Of a DNA stretch of 64,000 nucleotides, positions 20,145 through 29,812 are shown piece after piece (the stretch's first letter is position 1; the number at the start of each line of letters is the position of its first letter). Below the pieces are notes generated by a model, which saw nothing but the letters and a program-made list of their open reading frames with translations, ran no database searches and was not told where the DNA came from. The position numbers and the translations under genes are program-made. Source of the stretch: Marivita sp. (lineage in GTDB: Bacteria; Pseudomonadota; Alphaproteobacteria; Rhodobacterales; Rhodobacteraceae); assembly GCF_051251565.1 (NCBI RefSeq), contig NZ_JBPOFB010000009.1, positions 40,108-104,107 on the forward strand, read 5' to 3'.

Positions 20145-21458
20145 TCAGCCGAAAGAAAGCGCCGATTTCTGCACCGCAAAAACCGTGCCCATGATCGGTT
20201 TCGACATCTCGTTGCGCAACCGCGCCTGTTTCAGCAGCTTTGGCTTGGGAAAACCCACTTGGGCCAAAGTGGACAAAAGATACCCCTGCGCATGCTTGTA
20301 GCGGCCCGACTTGTGAAGCCGGAACCCCGACTGCACGGCCGGATCCTCCTCATCCTCGACCGTCACCAGCAACCAGCCTCCGGGCGACAACACGCTGTGA
20401 AAATTTGAAAATACGGTCTTCAACGCCCCGAAATACACCAGCACATCGGCACAGACGATCATGTCGAACCGACCTTCGGGATAGGTGCCGATCTCGGACA
20501 AATCCGTGCGTGCCAAAAAGTCATAGCCGCCTTTGGCCCGCGATTTCTCAAGCATCTTGACCGAGATATCAACGCCGATGATCTCTTTTGCGTACATGCG
20601 AAGAAACCCGGCACACAGCCCCGTTCCACACCCCGCATCAAGAACGCGGCGCTTTTTCGATTTGGGCAGGTCCATCTCTTGCAAGGCCGCAAAAATCAGG
20701 TCCGGCCCACGATTGCCCAGCAGTTCTAGTTTGTCATCATAAGATTCTGCAAAATTGTCAAAGATCTCGACCGCCATGCCGTGCTGATCCAAGTCCGACA
20801 CCGGCATCCCGTTTGCCGCCAAAAGGTAATTCAACTTGGCGCGCTGCGTCTTGGTCTTGCAACGTGTGCGCGCCATGTCCAGAAACCGCACAACCGCCGG
20901 TTTCGCGTCAAAATGCGAAAAGATCGTGGCAAGGTACAACAGGATTTCGAACCGGTCGCCATTGCGTTCGCAAAACGCCTCTGCCACTGCCTGAGCCTCA
21001 GGCAGATTGTCCCGATGGGTCAGGATCGCAAGCAGCCGGTTCAGCGTCTTTTCGTCATTCGGCGCAACCTCGTGGGCGCGGCGGCATAGGGTTTCCACCT
21101 CGTCCAGCGCCTCAAGGTCGGCCAGAATATGCGCCGTATCAAGCATCGCCGTCACCGAGCCCTCGCCTGCCTCCGTGATCTGCCCAAGGCCGTCCGCAAC
21201 ATTGGCCCACAGCGCATCCGCCGTTTGCGCCTGATCCAGTTTGCGCATCAACACCGACAGCACACAGGCATCCGGCAGTCCCATGCGCCCCTGTTCGACA
21301 ATTTGCAAAGACAACGCCAAAGCGTCTGACCGTTTGTCCGCCTCAAACAGCGCCAGCGCGCGAGACACATCTGGAGCAAGCAGAGCCATTGGTCGGCTGG
21401 GCGCGGATGCGGGTGACGTTTGCGACGATGTGCCAGTCAAATGCGGGGCTTTGGACAT
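20145..21458 (-). CDS. Class I SAM-dependent methyltransferase with N-terminal helical-repeat (TPR-like) region
   Basis: VLDAGCGTGLCAGFL is SAM motif I. The start was chosen at MSKAPHL (ATG 21458), with GGAG 9 nt upstream. The ORF-track start is 21494. Confidence 0.8.
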   Translation of the reverse strand: MSKAPHLTGTSSQTSPASAPSRPMALLAPDVSRALALFEADKRSDALALSLQIVEQGRMGLPDACVLSVLMRKLDQAQTADALWANVADGLGQITEAGEGSVTAMLDTAHILADLEALDEVETLCRRAHEVAPNDEKTLNRLLAILTHRDNLPEAQAVAEAFCERNGDRFEILLYLATIFSHFDAKPAVVRFLDMARTRCKTKTQRAKLNYLLAANGMPVSDLDQHGMAVEIFDNFAESYDDKLELLGNRGPDLIFAALQEMDLPKSKKRRVLDAGCGTGLCAGFLRMYAKEIIGVDISVKMLEKSRAKGGYDFLARTDLSEIGTYPEGRFDMIVCADVLVYFGALKTVFSNFHSVLSPGGWLLVTVEDEEDPAVQSGFRLHKSGRYKHAQGYLLSTLAQVGFPKPKLLKQARLRNEMSKPIMGTVFAVQKSALSFG

Positions 21459-21805
21459 AATGAGTGTCTCCAGGATCAAGAATACCCCGATCATGGCCCC
21501 TGCCCTGTTGCAAATCCAGATGTGATTGCCAAAGCGGTCAGACCGCGCAACTCAGTCCGTGCAACAAGATGCGCCCCACACCCCAACAGCACGCCCCAGC
21601 CATTCTGGCTGACAAAGATCGGGTTCTCCGACCTGCGTGCTGTTGATGCGTGAGCGGGCGGACGGGTACGCAATGGTCCGGTGCCGGATCATGAAGTGGC
21701 CCAAGACGCCCCGTCCGCTCATGCCCCGGGATCAGCCGGGAACATCCCTAGAATCCACCATTAACGTTAAAATAAAGTGAACCGAACGGACGATTTACAA
21801 GAAAT

Positions 21806-22555
21806 TCAGACCGATTTCACTGCGCGGCGCAATTCTTCGACCAGCAAAGTCTCAGACATACCGCTGTCCACCGCCAACCGCCGCAGCCCGAAATGCACAT
21901 GCGCCATTTCCTGATAGTAACTGGTATAGGCATAATTCGTCGCTGCGCCGGCAGCAGCACCCAGAATCGGCACCGTCTGCGCAGCCAGCTTTTGCCCAAG
22001 CACCGTGGCCAATCGCGGCGCGACGGATTTCAGGATACCATGCACCGCCGCACCGTTCAGCGTCACGCGCGTGCTCAGGAATGCCATGTTCGCCCCGTCA
22101 TCATCCGCCAGCGGCCCGGCGCTGGCAAAGACCGTCAGGCAATCTGTCAAAACATCCGGGTCGTTGGGATCAAACCCGTATTCCGCCGCGATACCCTGAA
22201 TGGCCCGCAACAGCACCGTTGTCGTGACAGGCAGTTCAGCCAGGGCTGTGGGCAACCCGCCCGCCCCGCCAACCGCCCCCATTGCGGTGGTCAGCGCCGT
22301 GTTGAGCCACCCTTTCTGGTCCGGCACCACCCCGCGCGATTGTTTCGCAGCGGTCAGCGCCACCCGAAGCGCGCGTTCGGTGGCACCTTCAAGGCCCATC
22401 TTCACAGCGTCGGGCAACCGCTCTAGCAGGTTCTCGGCCCGCCCACCGATCATGTTGAGCACTTGCAGCCCAACACCCCCGGCAGCCTTGTGACGACGGG
22501 CGAGTGTGGTGATCGCAGCTTGGGTGTCCAGCGGGACAAGATCGGTTCCGGTCAT
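21806..22555 (-). CDS. EcsC family protein
   Basis: 249 aa ORF whose size and Gly/Ala-rich helical pattern are consistent with the EcsC family. Recognition from memory only. Confidence 0.55.
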   Translation of the reverse strand: MTGTDLVPLDTQAAITTLARRHKAAGGVGLQVLNMIGGRAENLLERLPDAVKMGLEGATERALRVALTAAKQSRGVVPDQKGWLNTALTTAMGAVGGAGGLPTALAELPVTTTVLLRAIQGIAAEYGFDPNDPDVLTDCLTVFASAGPLADDDGANMAFLSTRVTLNGAAVHGILKSVAPRLATVLGQKLAAQTVPILGAAAGAATNYAYTSYYQEMAHVHFGLRRLAVDSGMSETLLVEELRRAVKSV

Positions 22556-22586
22556 GCCCTACAATTGGGGATGTTTGCCCCTGGGT

Positions 22587-23072
22587 TCAAGCGTCCCGTT
22601 CCACATGCCCGGTTAAGCCGTCCCATGCGCCCTGCTGCAATTCCAAACCCAGAACCCGGTCCGGGTTGGTGGGCGGCGGCATCTCGACCCCGTTCAGCTT
22701 GGTGAACCCGAACCGTTTGTAATAAGGCGCATCACCGACCAAAAGCACCCGCGCCCAACCTTCCGCGCTGGCCTGATCCAGACTGTCCCGGATCAACGCC
22801 CCGCCAAGGCCCTCGCCCTGAGCGGTGGGGTGAACGGCAACGGGACCAAGCAACAAGACCCTGTCCGCGCGAATCCGCACCGGCCAATACCGGATCGCAC
22901 CGCCCAGAATGCCCTGATCGCCGCGCGCCACCCGCGACAGCGACGCCACAGGCGGCACGCCATCCCGCAAACGGTAAGACGACAGCGCCTCGCGCCCCGG
23001 CGCGAAACACAAGTCATAGAGGCCTTCGACCTCCCACAAATCGTCTGTGGTTTCCGGGCTCAGGGTGAACAT
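22587..23072 (-). CDS. GNAT family N-acetyltransferase
   Basis: The C-terminal 161 aa of the 354-aa ORF begin MFTLSPETTDD and contain LLGPVAVHPTAQGEGLGGALI (motif A). The upstream 193 codons are antisense to the flavin reductase gene and look non-coding. Confidence 0.75.
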   Translation of the reverse strand: MFTLSPETTDDLWEVEGLYDLCFAPGREALSSYRLRDGVPPVASLSRVARGDQGILGGAIRYWPVRIRADRVLLLGPVAVHPTAQGEGLGGALIRDSLDQASAEGWARVLLVGDAPYYKRFGFTKLNGVEMPPPTNPDRVLGLELQQGAWDGLTGHVERDA

Positions 23073-23171
23073 GACACCGCTCTTCGTTGACGCGTGCACA
23101 CCCCCGTGCAATCCGCTGCGAAACCGCCTATCACGCAAGCCAGCAATCGGCAAACAGGGAGCTTTCCCCGC

Positions 23172-23777
23172 ATGTTCTACCGCCCAGAAGACGGCCACGG
23201 CCTGCCCCACAACCCGTTCAACGCCATCGTGACGCCGCGCCCAATCGGCTGGATCTCGACCCGCGGCAGCGACGGGCAGGACAACCTTGCCCCCTACTCG
23301 TTCTTCAACGCTGTGGCGTATGTGCCCCCGCAGGTGATGTTCGCCTCCACCTCGGCCAAGCCTGACCGGGGCGACACCAAGGACACGGTCGCGTTGATCC
23401 GCGACACCGGGGTCTTTGCAGTCAATATTGTCGAATATGCCATGCGCGATGCGATGAACCTGACCTCGGGCGCCTGGGACCGCGACGTGGACGAATTCGC
23501 CCATGCCGGGATCGACAAGGCCGAGTGCGACAGCATCAACTGCCCCCGCGTGGCAGGGGCCCCGGCCACGCTTGAGTGCAAGGTGACGCAGATCGTGCAA
23601 TTGCCCGGAGAAGCCAATTTCGCAGTCTTCGGCGAAGTCACCGGAGTGCACATGCGCGACGACTGCATCAAGGACGGCATGTTCGACGTGCTGAGCTTTA
23701 ACCCGCTGACTCGCATGGGCTACCGCGATTATTCGGTGGTCCGCGAAACATTCAGCCTCAACCGCCCCGGAGAATAG
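23172..23777 (+). CDS. Flavin reductase family protein
   Basis: MFYRPEDGHGLPHNPFNAIVTPRPIGWISTR...NLAPYSFFN is typical of flavin reductase-like FMN-binding domains. ATG at 23172. Confidence 0.85.
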   Translation: MFYRPEDGHGLPHNPFNAIVTPRPIGWISTRGSDGQDNLAPYSFFNAVAYVPPQVMFASTSAKPDRGDTKDTVALIRDTGVFAVNIVEYAMRDAMNLTSGAWDRDVDEFAHAGIDKAECDSINCPRVAGAPATLECKVTQIVQLPGEANFAVFGEVTGVHMRDDCIKDGMFDVLSFNPLTRMGYRDYSVVRETFSLNRPGE

Positions 23778-23818
23778 GTCAAACTTTGCATACCCGGGGC
23801 TCCGCCCATTCTCACCTC

Positions 23819-23839
23819 AAACCATCCCCCGGATGGTTT
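23819..23839 (+). terminator. Stem-loop downstream of the flavin reductase gene
   Basis: AAACCATCC-CCC-GGATGGTTT is a perfect 9-bp stem. The only U-run is the 3' arm's own TTT, so terminator function is uncertain. Confidence 0.35.
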
Positions 23840-23867
23840 GTGTGCCAGAGACACAACCGGTTCGAAT

Positions 23868-23885
23868 TGTTTCGCGCGCGAAACA
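23868..23885. promoter_or_regulatory. Perfect 18-nt palindrome, candidate operator upstream of the Lin0512-like pair
   Basis: TGTTTCGCGCGCGAAACA equals its own reverse complement. It lies about 40 nt upstream of the ATG at 23926. Confidence 0.35.
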
Positions 23886-23925
23886 TTGGGTCCGGTCCGG
23901 TCCTTTAACAAAAGGTTAACACGCT

Positions 23926-24276
23926 ATGGCCCTCAAACGTTTGCTGACCGAATTCGGCATGGGCAGTTCGCTGCGCAGGCAGGACTATACCGAGGCCGCC
24001 TCGCGCGCGGTCAAGGATGCGCTCTGGCACAATTCGATCAATCTGGCCGAGCTGTATGGCAAAGACAAATCCGACATGCAGATCACGGTCGAAGTGGGTG
24101 TGCAGAACCCCGACGCCCTCGACACCGCTGCCATCGCCGCGATCTTTCCCTACGGCCAAGTCACTGTGATCGCGCGCAAAGGTGGCCTCGACGTGCCGCG
24201 CAACGATGGCGGCAAGCCGACTGTGATCGCCAATGTCGCCATCTCGGTGGCGCTCGATCTGGAGGACGCGGCATGA
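23926..24276 (+). CDS. Lin0512-family small protein (paralog 1)
   Basis: 116 aa ORF with the N-terminus FGMGSSLRRQDYTEAASRAVKDALWHNSI. Paralogous to the next ORF. Confidence 0.6.
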   Translation: MALKRLLTEFGMGSSLRRQDYTEAASRAVKDALWHNSINLAELYGKDKSDMQITVEVGVQNPDALDTAAIAAIFPYGQVTVIARKGGLDVPRNDGGKPTVIANVAISVALDLEDAA

Positions 24277-24617
24277 GCGATCAGCGTTTCATTATTGAAA
24301 TGGGCATGGGCAATGACCAATACGGCATGGATTACACCAAGGCCGCCGCCCGTGCGATCGAAGACGCGATCCGCCATTCGTCGATCCCGCTGTTTGAGGC
24401 CACCGGCCTGCCCCATGATGCGATGCGCGTACAGGTGACGGTGGGTGTGGCGGAACCGGACAAGGTGGATTGCACCGAACTGGCCAAGCGCCTGCCGCGT
24501 GGTCGCGCCACGGTCACGGCCGTTGAAGGCGGGCTGAACGTCACCAACCCCGACAGCGGGTCCACCCTCGTGATCGCAACAGCCGCAGTCGAGGCGTTTT
24601 TGCCGCGTCAGGCCTAG
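24273..24617 (+). CDS. Lin0512-family small protein (paralog 2)
   Basis: MSDQRFIIEMGMGNDQYGMDYTKAAARAIEDAIRHSSI. ATGA overlap with the previous stop at 24273-24276. The ORF-track entry 23838-24617 is an upstream extension. Confidence 0.6.
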   Translation: MSDQRFIIEMGMGNDQYGMDYTKAAARAIEDAIRHSSIPLFEATGLPHDAMRVQVTVGVAEPDKVDCTELAKRLPRGRATVTAVEGGLNVTNPDSGSTLVIATAAVEAFLPRQA

Positions 24618-24678
24618 CACGTCTTGAACCAACAGGCCCGCGCTGCGAAACTGGCGCGGAACAACTACGGAGGCCGCA

Positions 24679-25566
24679 ATGGCACAGCGCAAACTCGGTG
24701 TGATTGGCGGATCAGGGTTGTATGCCGTGGACGGGTTGCACGATGCCACATGGCAACGTGTGGACACACCGTGGGGCACGCCGTCGGATGACCTCTTTTG
24801 TGGCACATTGGACGGGCTGGACCTCGTGTTCCTGCCCCGTCACGGGCGTGGCCATGTGCACAGCCCTTCGGACGTCCCCTACCGCGCCAATATCGACGCA
24901 CTGAAACGGCTGGGCGTCACAGATGTGATCAGTGTCAGCGCTTGTGGATCGTTCCGCGAAGACATGGCACCAGGCGATTTCGTCATCGTGGATCAGTTCA
25001 TCGACCGCACATTCGACCGCACCAAAAGCTTTTTCGGGTCGGGCTGCGTCGCGCATGTGTCGATGGCGCATCCGGTCTGCACCTCGCTTGGAGCCATGTG
25101 CGCCACAGCCGCCCGCGCAGCGGGTGTGACGGTGCACGAAGGCGGCACCTATCTGGCAATGGAAGGCCCGCAGTTTTCCACCTACGCGGAATCGGTGCTG
25201 TACCGCGATCAATGGGGCTGTTCGGTGATCGGCATGACCAATATGCCCGAGGCCAAGCTCGCCCGCGAGGCTGAACTGTGCTATGCCAGCGTGGCCATGG
25301 TGACCGATTACGACTGCTGGCACCCGGATCATGACGCGGTAGAAGTCTCTGATATCATTCGCGTTCTCACTGGAAATGCCGATGCCGCGCGCCGGATGAT
25401 CAAAGCTTTGCCGACACTTTTGTCGCCCGACAACACCCCTTGCCCACAAGGCTGCGACCGCGCGCTTGACCATGCGCTCATCACCGCACCGGATGCCCGC
25501 GATCCCGCATTGGTCAAAAAGCTGGACGCGGTGGCCGGGCGTGTGCTTTCTGGGAAGGCTGGTTAA
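24679..25566 (+). CDS. mtnP: S-methyl-5'-thioadenosine phosphorylase
   Basis: KLGVIGGSGLY N-terminus, FLPRHGRGH, and IGMTNMPEAKLAREAE PNP/MTAP family motifs. Confidence 0.9.
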   Translation: MAQRKLGVIGGSGLYAVDGLHDATWQRVDTPWGTPSDDLFCGTLDGLDLVFLPRHGRGHVHSPSDVPYRANIDALKRLGVTDVISVSACGSFREDMAPGDFVIVDQFIDRTFDRTKSFFGSGCVAHVSMAHPVCTSLGAMCATAARAAGVTVHEGGTYLAMEGPQFSTYAESVLYRDQWGCSVIGMTNMPEAKLAREAELCYASVAMVTDYDCWHPDHDAVEVSDIIRVLTGNADAARRMIKALPTLLSPDNTPCPQGCDRALDHALITAPDARDPALVKKLDAVAGRVLSGKAG

Positions 25567-25581
25567 ACTGGAACACCCCTC

Positions 25582-26205
25582 ATGAGCTTTGATCTTTGGC
25601 TGACCTTTGTCGCCGCCTCGACCCTGCTGTTGCTGATCCCCGGACCCACGGTGCTGCTGGTGCTGTCTTATGCGATAAGCCAGGGCAAGCGCGTCGCAAT
25701 CGCATCGGCCAGCGGCGTCGCATTTGGCGATTTCATCGCAATGAGCCTGTCACTTGCCGGGCTTGGCGCGCTGGTGCTGGCGTCGGCCACGCTGTTCACA
25801 GTTTTGAAATGGGTGGGGGCGCTGTATCTCGTTTGGCTCGGGATCAAGTTGCTGCGCTCCGCCCCAAGCTCTGCAATGCCGGTGACCGAAGGGGGCGTGC
25901 AGGCGCGGTCGGTCTTTCGCCACGCGGCATTGGTCACTGCACTGAACCCGAAATCCATCGCGTTCTTCATCGCCTTCGTGCCGCAATTCATCACACCAAG
26001 CGCGCCGCTGCTGCCGCAATTTGCCATCCTGATCTTGACCTTCGTGGCGCTCGCTGCGCTCAATGCCTTTGCTTATGCGCTGGCAGCCGACCGGCTGCGC
26101 GGCTGGATCGGAAGCGGCAGCGTGATCACAGGGCTCACCCGCGCTGGCGGGGCCACACTCATTGCCATGGGCGCGCTGACCGCCATGGCCCGTCGCACCC
26201 CCTGA
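25582..26205 (+). CDS. LysE family amino-acid/metabolite exporter
   Basis: 207 aa six-TM ORF with the LysE N-terminal signature [12 protein letters not shown]. Confidence 0.85.
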   Translation: MSFDLWLTFVAASTLLLLIPGPTVLLVLSYAISQGKRVAIASASGVAFGDFIAMSLSLAGLGALVLASATLFTVLKWVGALYLVWLGIKLLRSAPSSAMPVTEGGVQARSVFRHAALVTALNPKSIAFFIAFVPQFITPSAPLLPQFAILILTFVALAALNAFAYALAADRLRGWIGSGSVITGLTRAGGATLIAMGALTAMARRTP

Positions 26206-26212
26206 GGACATC

Positions 26213-26752
26213 ATGACCCCCACCAAGACCGTCAAGGACTACATCCGCACCATCGTCGACTTTCCACATGACGGCATCCTGTTCCGCGATGTGACCACGC
26301 TGTTTGCCGATCCGCGTGGGTTCCGCATGGCCATCGACCAATTGCTGCACCCCTATGCCGGTGTCCGCTTCGACAAGGTGGTCGGACTTGAGGCGCGCGG
26401 TTTCATCCTCGGCGGTGCGATTGCCCACCAACTGTCCGTGGGCTTTGTGCCCGTGCGCAAGAAAGGCAAGCTGCCCGGCGCGGTGATTTCCGAAGAATAT
26501 ACTCTCGAATATGGCGAAGCCGTGGTTGAGATTCACGACGACGCGATTCAGCCGGGCGAAAAGGTGCTGCTGGTCGACGACCTGCTCGCCACTGGCGGCA
26601 CGGCCGAGGCCGGACTTAAGCTGATCGAACGGTTGGGCGGCGAAGTGATCGGCTGCGCGTTTATCATCGACCTTCCCGATCTGGGCGGTCGCAAAAAGCT
26701 TGAGGCTTTGGGCATGGACGTGCATGCGCTTTGTGCGTTTGATGGGCTTTAG
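26213..26752 (+). CDS. apt: Adenine phosphoribosyltransferase
   Basis: 179 aa ORF with the PRPP-binding motif [13 protein letters not shown], preceded by [12 protein letters not shown]. Confidence 0.93.
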   Translation: MTPTKTVKDYIRTIVDFPHDGILFRDVTTLFADPRGFRMAIDQLLHPYAGVRFDKVVGLEARGFILGGAIAHQLSVGFVPVRKKGKLPGAVISEEYTLEYGEAVVEIHDDAIQPGEKVLLVDDLLATGGTAEAGLKLIERLGGEVIGCAFIIDLPDLGGRKKLEALGMDVHALCAFDGL

Positions 26753-26892
26753 GGCTTCTTCTGTTTCCCAAAAGTGGGGGTTTGGGGCTGCGCGCCCCCA
26801 CGGTCAGCCAAAAGGCCAAGCCTTCGATCGAGGCATGGGCGCACTTCTTCAAAGAAATGCAGCCGTGTGTTCAAAAATCCGGCTTGCCGCGA

Positions 26893-27183
26893 TCAAACGT
26901 TGAACGCGTCAGCCCAATCGGGATGCTTGCGGCGTTGTGCGTTCACAAACGGGCACAGCGGCACGATCTTAAACCCTTCGGCGCGGGCATCCGCCACCAG
27001 CCGCGTCACCAGAGCAAGCCCGGCCCCGGTGCCGCGAAACACATCCGGCACGCCTGTGTGGTCAGCAATGACCAGCGTGGGCGACGTGACCGAATAGGTC
27101 AGTTCCGCTTCGGCCCCGTCCTGACGGATGACATACCGCCCCTTGGCACCATCCAGTTCACGCTGGATGTCAAACTCAGACAA
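26893..27183 (-). CDS. Small GNAT-like N-acetyltransferase (YjdJ type)
   Basis: 96 aa [21 protein letters not shown]...KIVPLCPFV matches the minimal GNAT family. Confidence 0.7.
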   Translation of the reverse strand: MSEFDIQRELDGAKGRYVIRQDGAEAELTYSVTSPTLVIADHTGVPDVFRGTGAGLALVTRLVADARAEGFKIVPLCPFVNAQRRKHPDWADAFNV

Positions 27184-27802
27184 TGGTGGCTTCTGTCGCT
27201 ACGCGCAGCTCGTCTTCGGTGACGCCATCTGCGGTCTCGACGATCTTCAAACCACCTTCGACCACATCCAGAACCCCCAGATTGGTGATGATCCGGTCGA
27301 CAACCGCAGCACCAGTGAGCGGTAGCGTGCATTCCTTGAGAACCTTGCTGTCGCCATGTTTGTTCGTGTGGTCCATCACAACAACCACGCGGCCCACACC
27401 CGCGACCAAATCCATCGCGCCGCCCATGCCTTTGACCAGCTTTCCGGGGATCATCCAATTCGCCAGATCGCCCTTTTCGTCCACTTCCATCGCACCCAGG
27501 ATCGCCATTGCAATCTTGCCACCGCGGATCATGCCGAAGGATGTCGCGCTGTCAAAATAGGATGTGTGCGGCAGTTCGGTGATTGTCTGCTTGCCCGCAT
27601 TGATCAGGTCCGGGTCTTCGTCACCTTCATAGGGGAACGGCCCCATGCCGAGCATGCCGTTTTCGGACTGAAGCGTCACTGTCATGCCGTCGGGGATGTA
27701 GTTGGACACCAGCGTCGGGATGCCGATCCCAAGATTGACATACATGCCATCCTGAAGCTCTTGCGCGGCGCGTGCCGCCATCTGGTTGCGATCCCATGCC
27801 AT
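27176..27802 (-). CDS. scoB: 3-oxoacid CoA-transferase subunit B
   Basis: [30 protein letters not shown] and [10 protein letters not shown] motifs. The start was chosen at ATG 27802. The ORF-track start at 27832 adds 10 codons. Confidence 0.9.
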   Translation of the reverse strand: MAWDRNQMAARAAQELQDGMYVNLGIGIPTLVSNYIPDGMTVTLQSENGMLGMGPFPYEGDEDPDLINAGKQTITELPHTSYFDSATSFGMIRGGKIAMAILGAMEVDEKGDLANWMIPGKLVKGMGGAMDLVAGVGRVVVVMDHTNKHGDSKVLKECTLPLTGAAVVDRIITNLGVLDVVEGGLKIVETADGVTEDELRVATEATIV

Positions 27803-27846
27803 AGTCGTCTTCCCTTCGTTTGCCATGAACACCGCGAGTTGCGGCC

Positions 27847-28917
27847 TTATCCCTTGAAATCTGTAAATCCGACAGGCACGTCGATCAGGATCACCGTTCC
27901 AGCGGCCCCGCGCACCACATTGATCGTTCCGTCCAGCCCATCAAGCAAGGAGGATACCAGCCGCCCCCCGACAGACCCGGATGACGGGAACAGCGTCTTG
28001 CTTGGGATACCAGCCCCGTCATCGGAAATGGTCATCCGCAACCCGCCTGCCGCCAAACGGTTGACCCGCAATTCCAGATAGCCCTGATCCAGCCCGTCAA
28101 AGGCATGTTGAAAGGCGTTCGACACAAGTTCAAACGTGATCAGCGCCACCCGGATCGCCGTGTCAAGATTGACCTCCAGCGGTTCGACGAGTGACACGAA
28201 CCGCACGCCGGGGCGGCCTTCGTTATGGGCAATCGTGTGCGAAATGCGTGACAGAAGCGACCCAAGGTCGATGCCATCGCGGTTCCATTGCTCATCCGCA
28301 AGTTTCATTTCTTCGTAGACGAATTGCAGGCATTCGAGCCGCTTTGGCAGCAGGTCCAGCATCCTGAGCCGCTGCTTGGAATCCTCGGCAACAACCGGAG
28401 TGCCCGAACCGTTATGATCGACAAGAGAGTTGACGATCAGCCCAAGATCCTGCCCCACCCGCGAGCACACCGTATCAAGATGCAGGCGTGTCGCGTCTGA
28501 CGATCGATCCTTTTCGTCGTCGCGCAGTTCTTTCTGGATACCCAGATAATAGACCGGCTTGCCCAACCCGTCATTGATCGGCGCGATCAGCAGACGGTTC
28601 ATGAACGCTTCGCCGGTGGCGCGGTAATTGAGGATATCGACGCTCACATCCTCGCCAGCCTCGATGGCGTTGCGGATTTTCTGGATCGCCCTGGGATCGG
28701 TGTCTGCCCCCTGAAGAAACCGGCAATTGCGCCCGATGACGCGGGACCGCTGATAGCCGGTCGTCCGTTCAAACGCATCGTTGATATAGACGATCGGATT
28801 GCCTTCGGTGTTCGGATTGGTGATCACCATAGCCACACTCAGCCGGGAAAACCCGGCCAAGGCCTGGCTGTCGTCCAGGACAGAGGTCAGCTTTGGTTTT
28901 TCAACAGAACGTTCCAC
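27847..28917 (-). CDS. LOV (PAS) domain sensor histidine kinase-like protein
   Basis: 356 aa ORF. N-terminal LOV core with the diagnostic GRNCRFLQG (photoactive Cys at about residue 65). C-terminal HATPase_c boxes [11 protein letters not shown] (N), ISDDGAGIP (G1), GGRLVSSL (G2). Confidence 0.85.
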   Translation of the reverse strand: MERSVEKPKLTSVLDDSQALAGFSRLSVAMVITNPNTEGNPIVYINDAFERTTGYQRSRVIGRNCRFLQGADTDPRAIQKIRNAIEAGEDVSVDILNYRATGEAFMNRLLIAPINDGLGKPVYYLGIQKELRDDEKDRSSDATRLHLDTVCSRVGQDLGLIVNSLVDHNGSGTPVVAEDSKQRLRMLDLLPKRLECLQFVYEEMKLADEQWNRDGIDLGSLLSRISHTIAHNEGRPGVRFVSLVEPLEVNLDTAIRVALITFELVSNAFQHAFDGLDQGYLELRVNRLAAGGLRMTISDDGAGIPSKTLFPSSGSVGGRLVSSLLDGLDGTINVVRGAAGTVILIDVPVGFTDFKG

Positions 28918-28940
28918 GGATGTTTGGTTCGTTTCTTGTG

Positions 28941-29645
28941 TCAGGCGGCCGGTCTTGGGCGCGTTGTACGCTGTTCAATGCGCTTTTCATGGGCGCCCTG
29001 AATGATGCGGGTCACGTAAATGCCTGGCAGGTGGATATGATCGGGATCAAGCATGCCGGGTTCAACAATCTCTTCGACCTCCAGAATGCAGACTTTGCCA
29101 CACATGGCGGCAGGCGGATTGAAATTGCGCGCCGTTTTGCGGAAGATCGCGTTCCCAGTCGTGTCGGCCTTCCACGCCTTCACGATGGACAGATCGGCAA
29201 AGATGCCTTTTTCCATGATGTAGGTTTCGCCGTCGAAATCTTTGTGGTCCTTGCCTTCGGCAATCACAGTGCCAACGCCGGTCTTGGTGTAGAATCCCGG
29301 AATGCCCGCACCACCGGCGCGCATCCGTTCGGCCAAGGTGCCTTGCGGATTGAACTCAAGCTCCAGCTCACCAGAGAGATATTGGCGCATAAATTCTGCG
29401 TTTTCGCCAACATACGAGCTGATCATCTTTTTGACCTGACGCGTCTGCAACAGGATGCCGATGCCGAAATCGTCCACGCCTGCATTGTTCGAGGCAAAGG
29501 TCAGATCCTTGACGCCGCTGTCGCGGATCGCGCTCAAAAGCAGCTCGGGAATACCACTAAGGCCAAAACCACCTGCGGCAATCAACATACCGTCGCTCAG
29601 AACGCCATCAAGCGCTTCGGCTGCCGATCCATAGACCTTTTTCAT
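28941..29645 (-). CDS. scoA: 3-oxoacid CoA-transferase subunit A
   Basis: MKKVYGSAAEALDGVLSDGMLIAAGGFGLSGIPE and the family-I CoA-transferase pattern. 234 aa. Confidence 0.9.
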   Translation of the reverse strand: MKKVYGSAAEALDGVLSDGMLIAAGGFGLSGIPELLLSAIRDSGVKDLTFASNNAGVDDFGIGILLQTRQVKKMISSYVGENAEFMRQYLSGELELEFNPQGTLAERMRAGGAGIPGFYTKTGVGTVIAEGKDHKDFDGETYIMEKGIFADLSIVKAWKADTTGNAIFRKTARNFNPPAAMCGKVCILEVEEIVEPGMLDPDHIHLPGIYVTRIIQGAHEKRIEQRTTRPRPAA

Positions 29646-29812
29646 CGCAAATCCCCCGTGTTCGACGCCTTGCCGTTTTGACCTTTCAAGCAGGCTAAGT
29701 CAACGGCACTGGCGTGCGTCTCAGGCTGTGTCAACTGCGCGCATCACCGTGGGGTTTGCCAGCGGTCCCGCGCCGCAAAAGCCACGCGGATCGCAGCGGG
29801 GGCCTAGGCTGA

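Noticed and set aside
23073-23651. N-terminal 193 codons of the 354-aa minus-strand ORF 22587-23651.
   Set aside because: This part overlaps the well-supported flavin reductase gene on the opposite strand and has no motifs. The GNAT domain starts cleanly at MFTLSP (ATG 23072).
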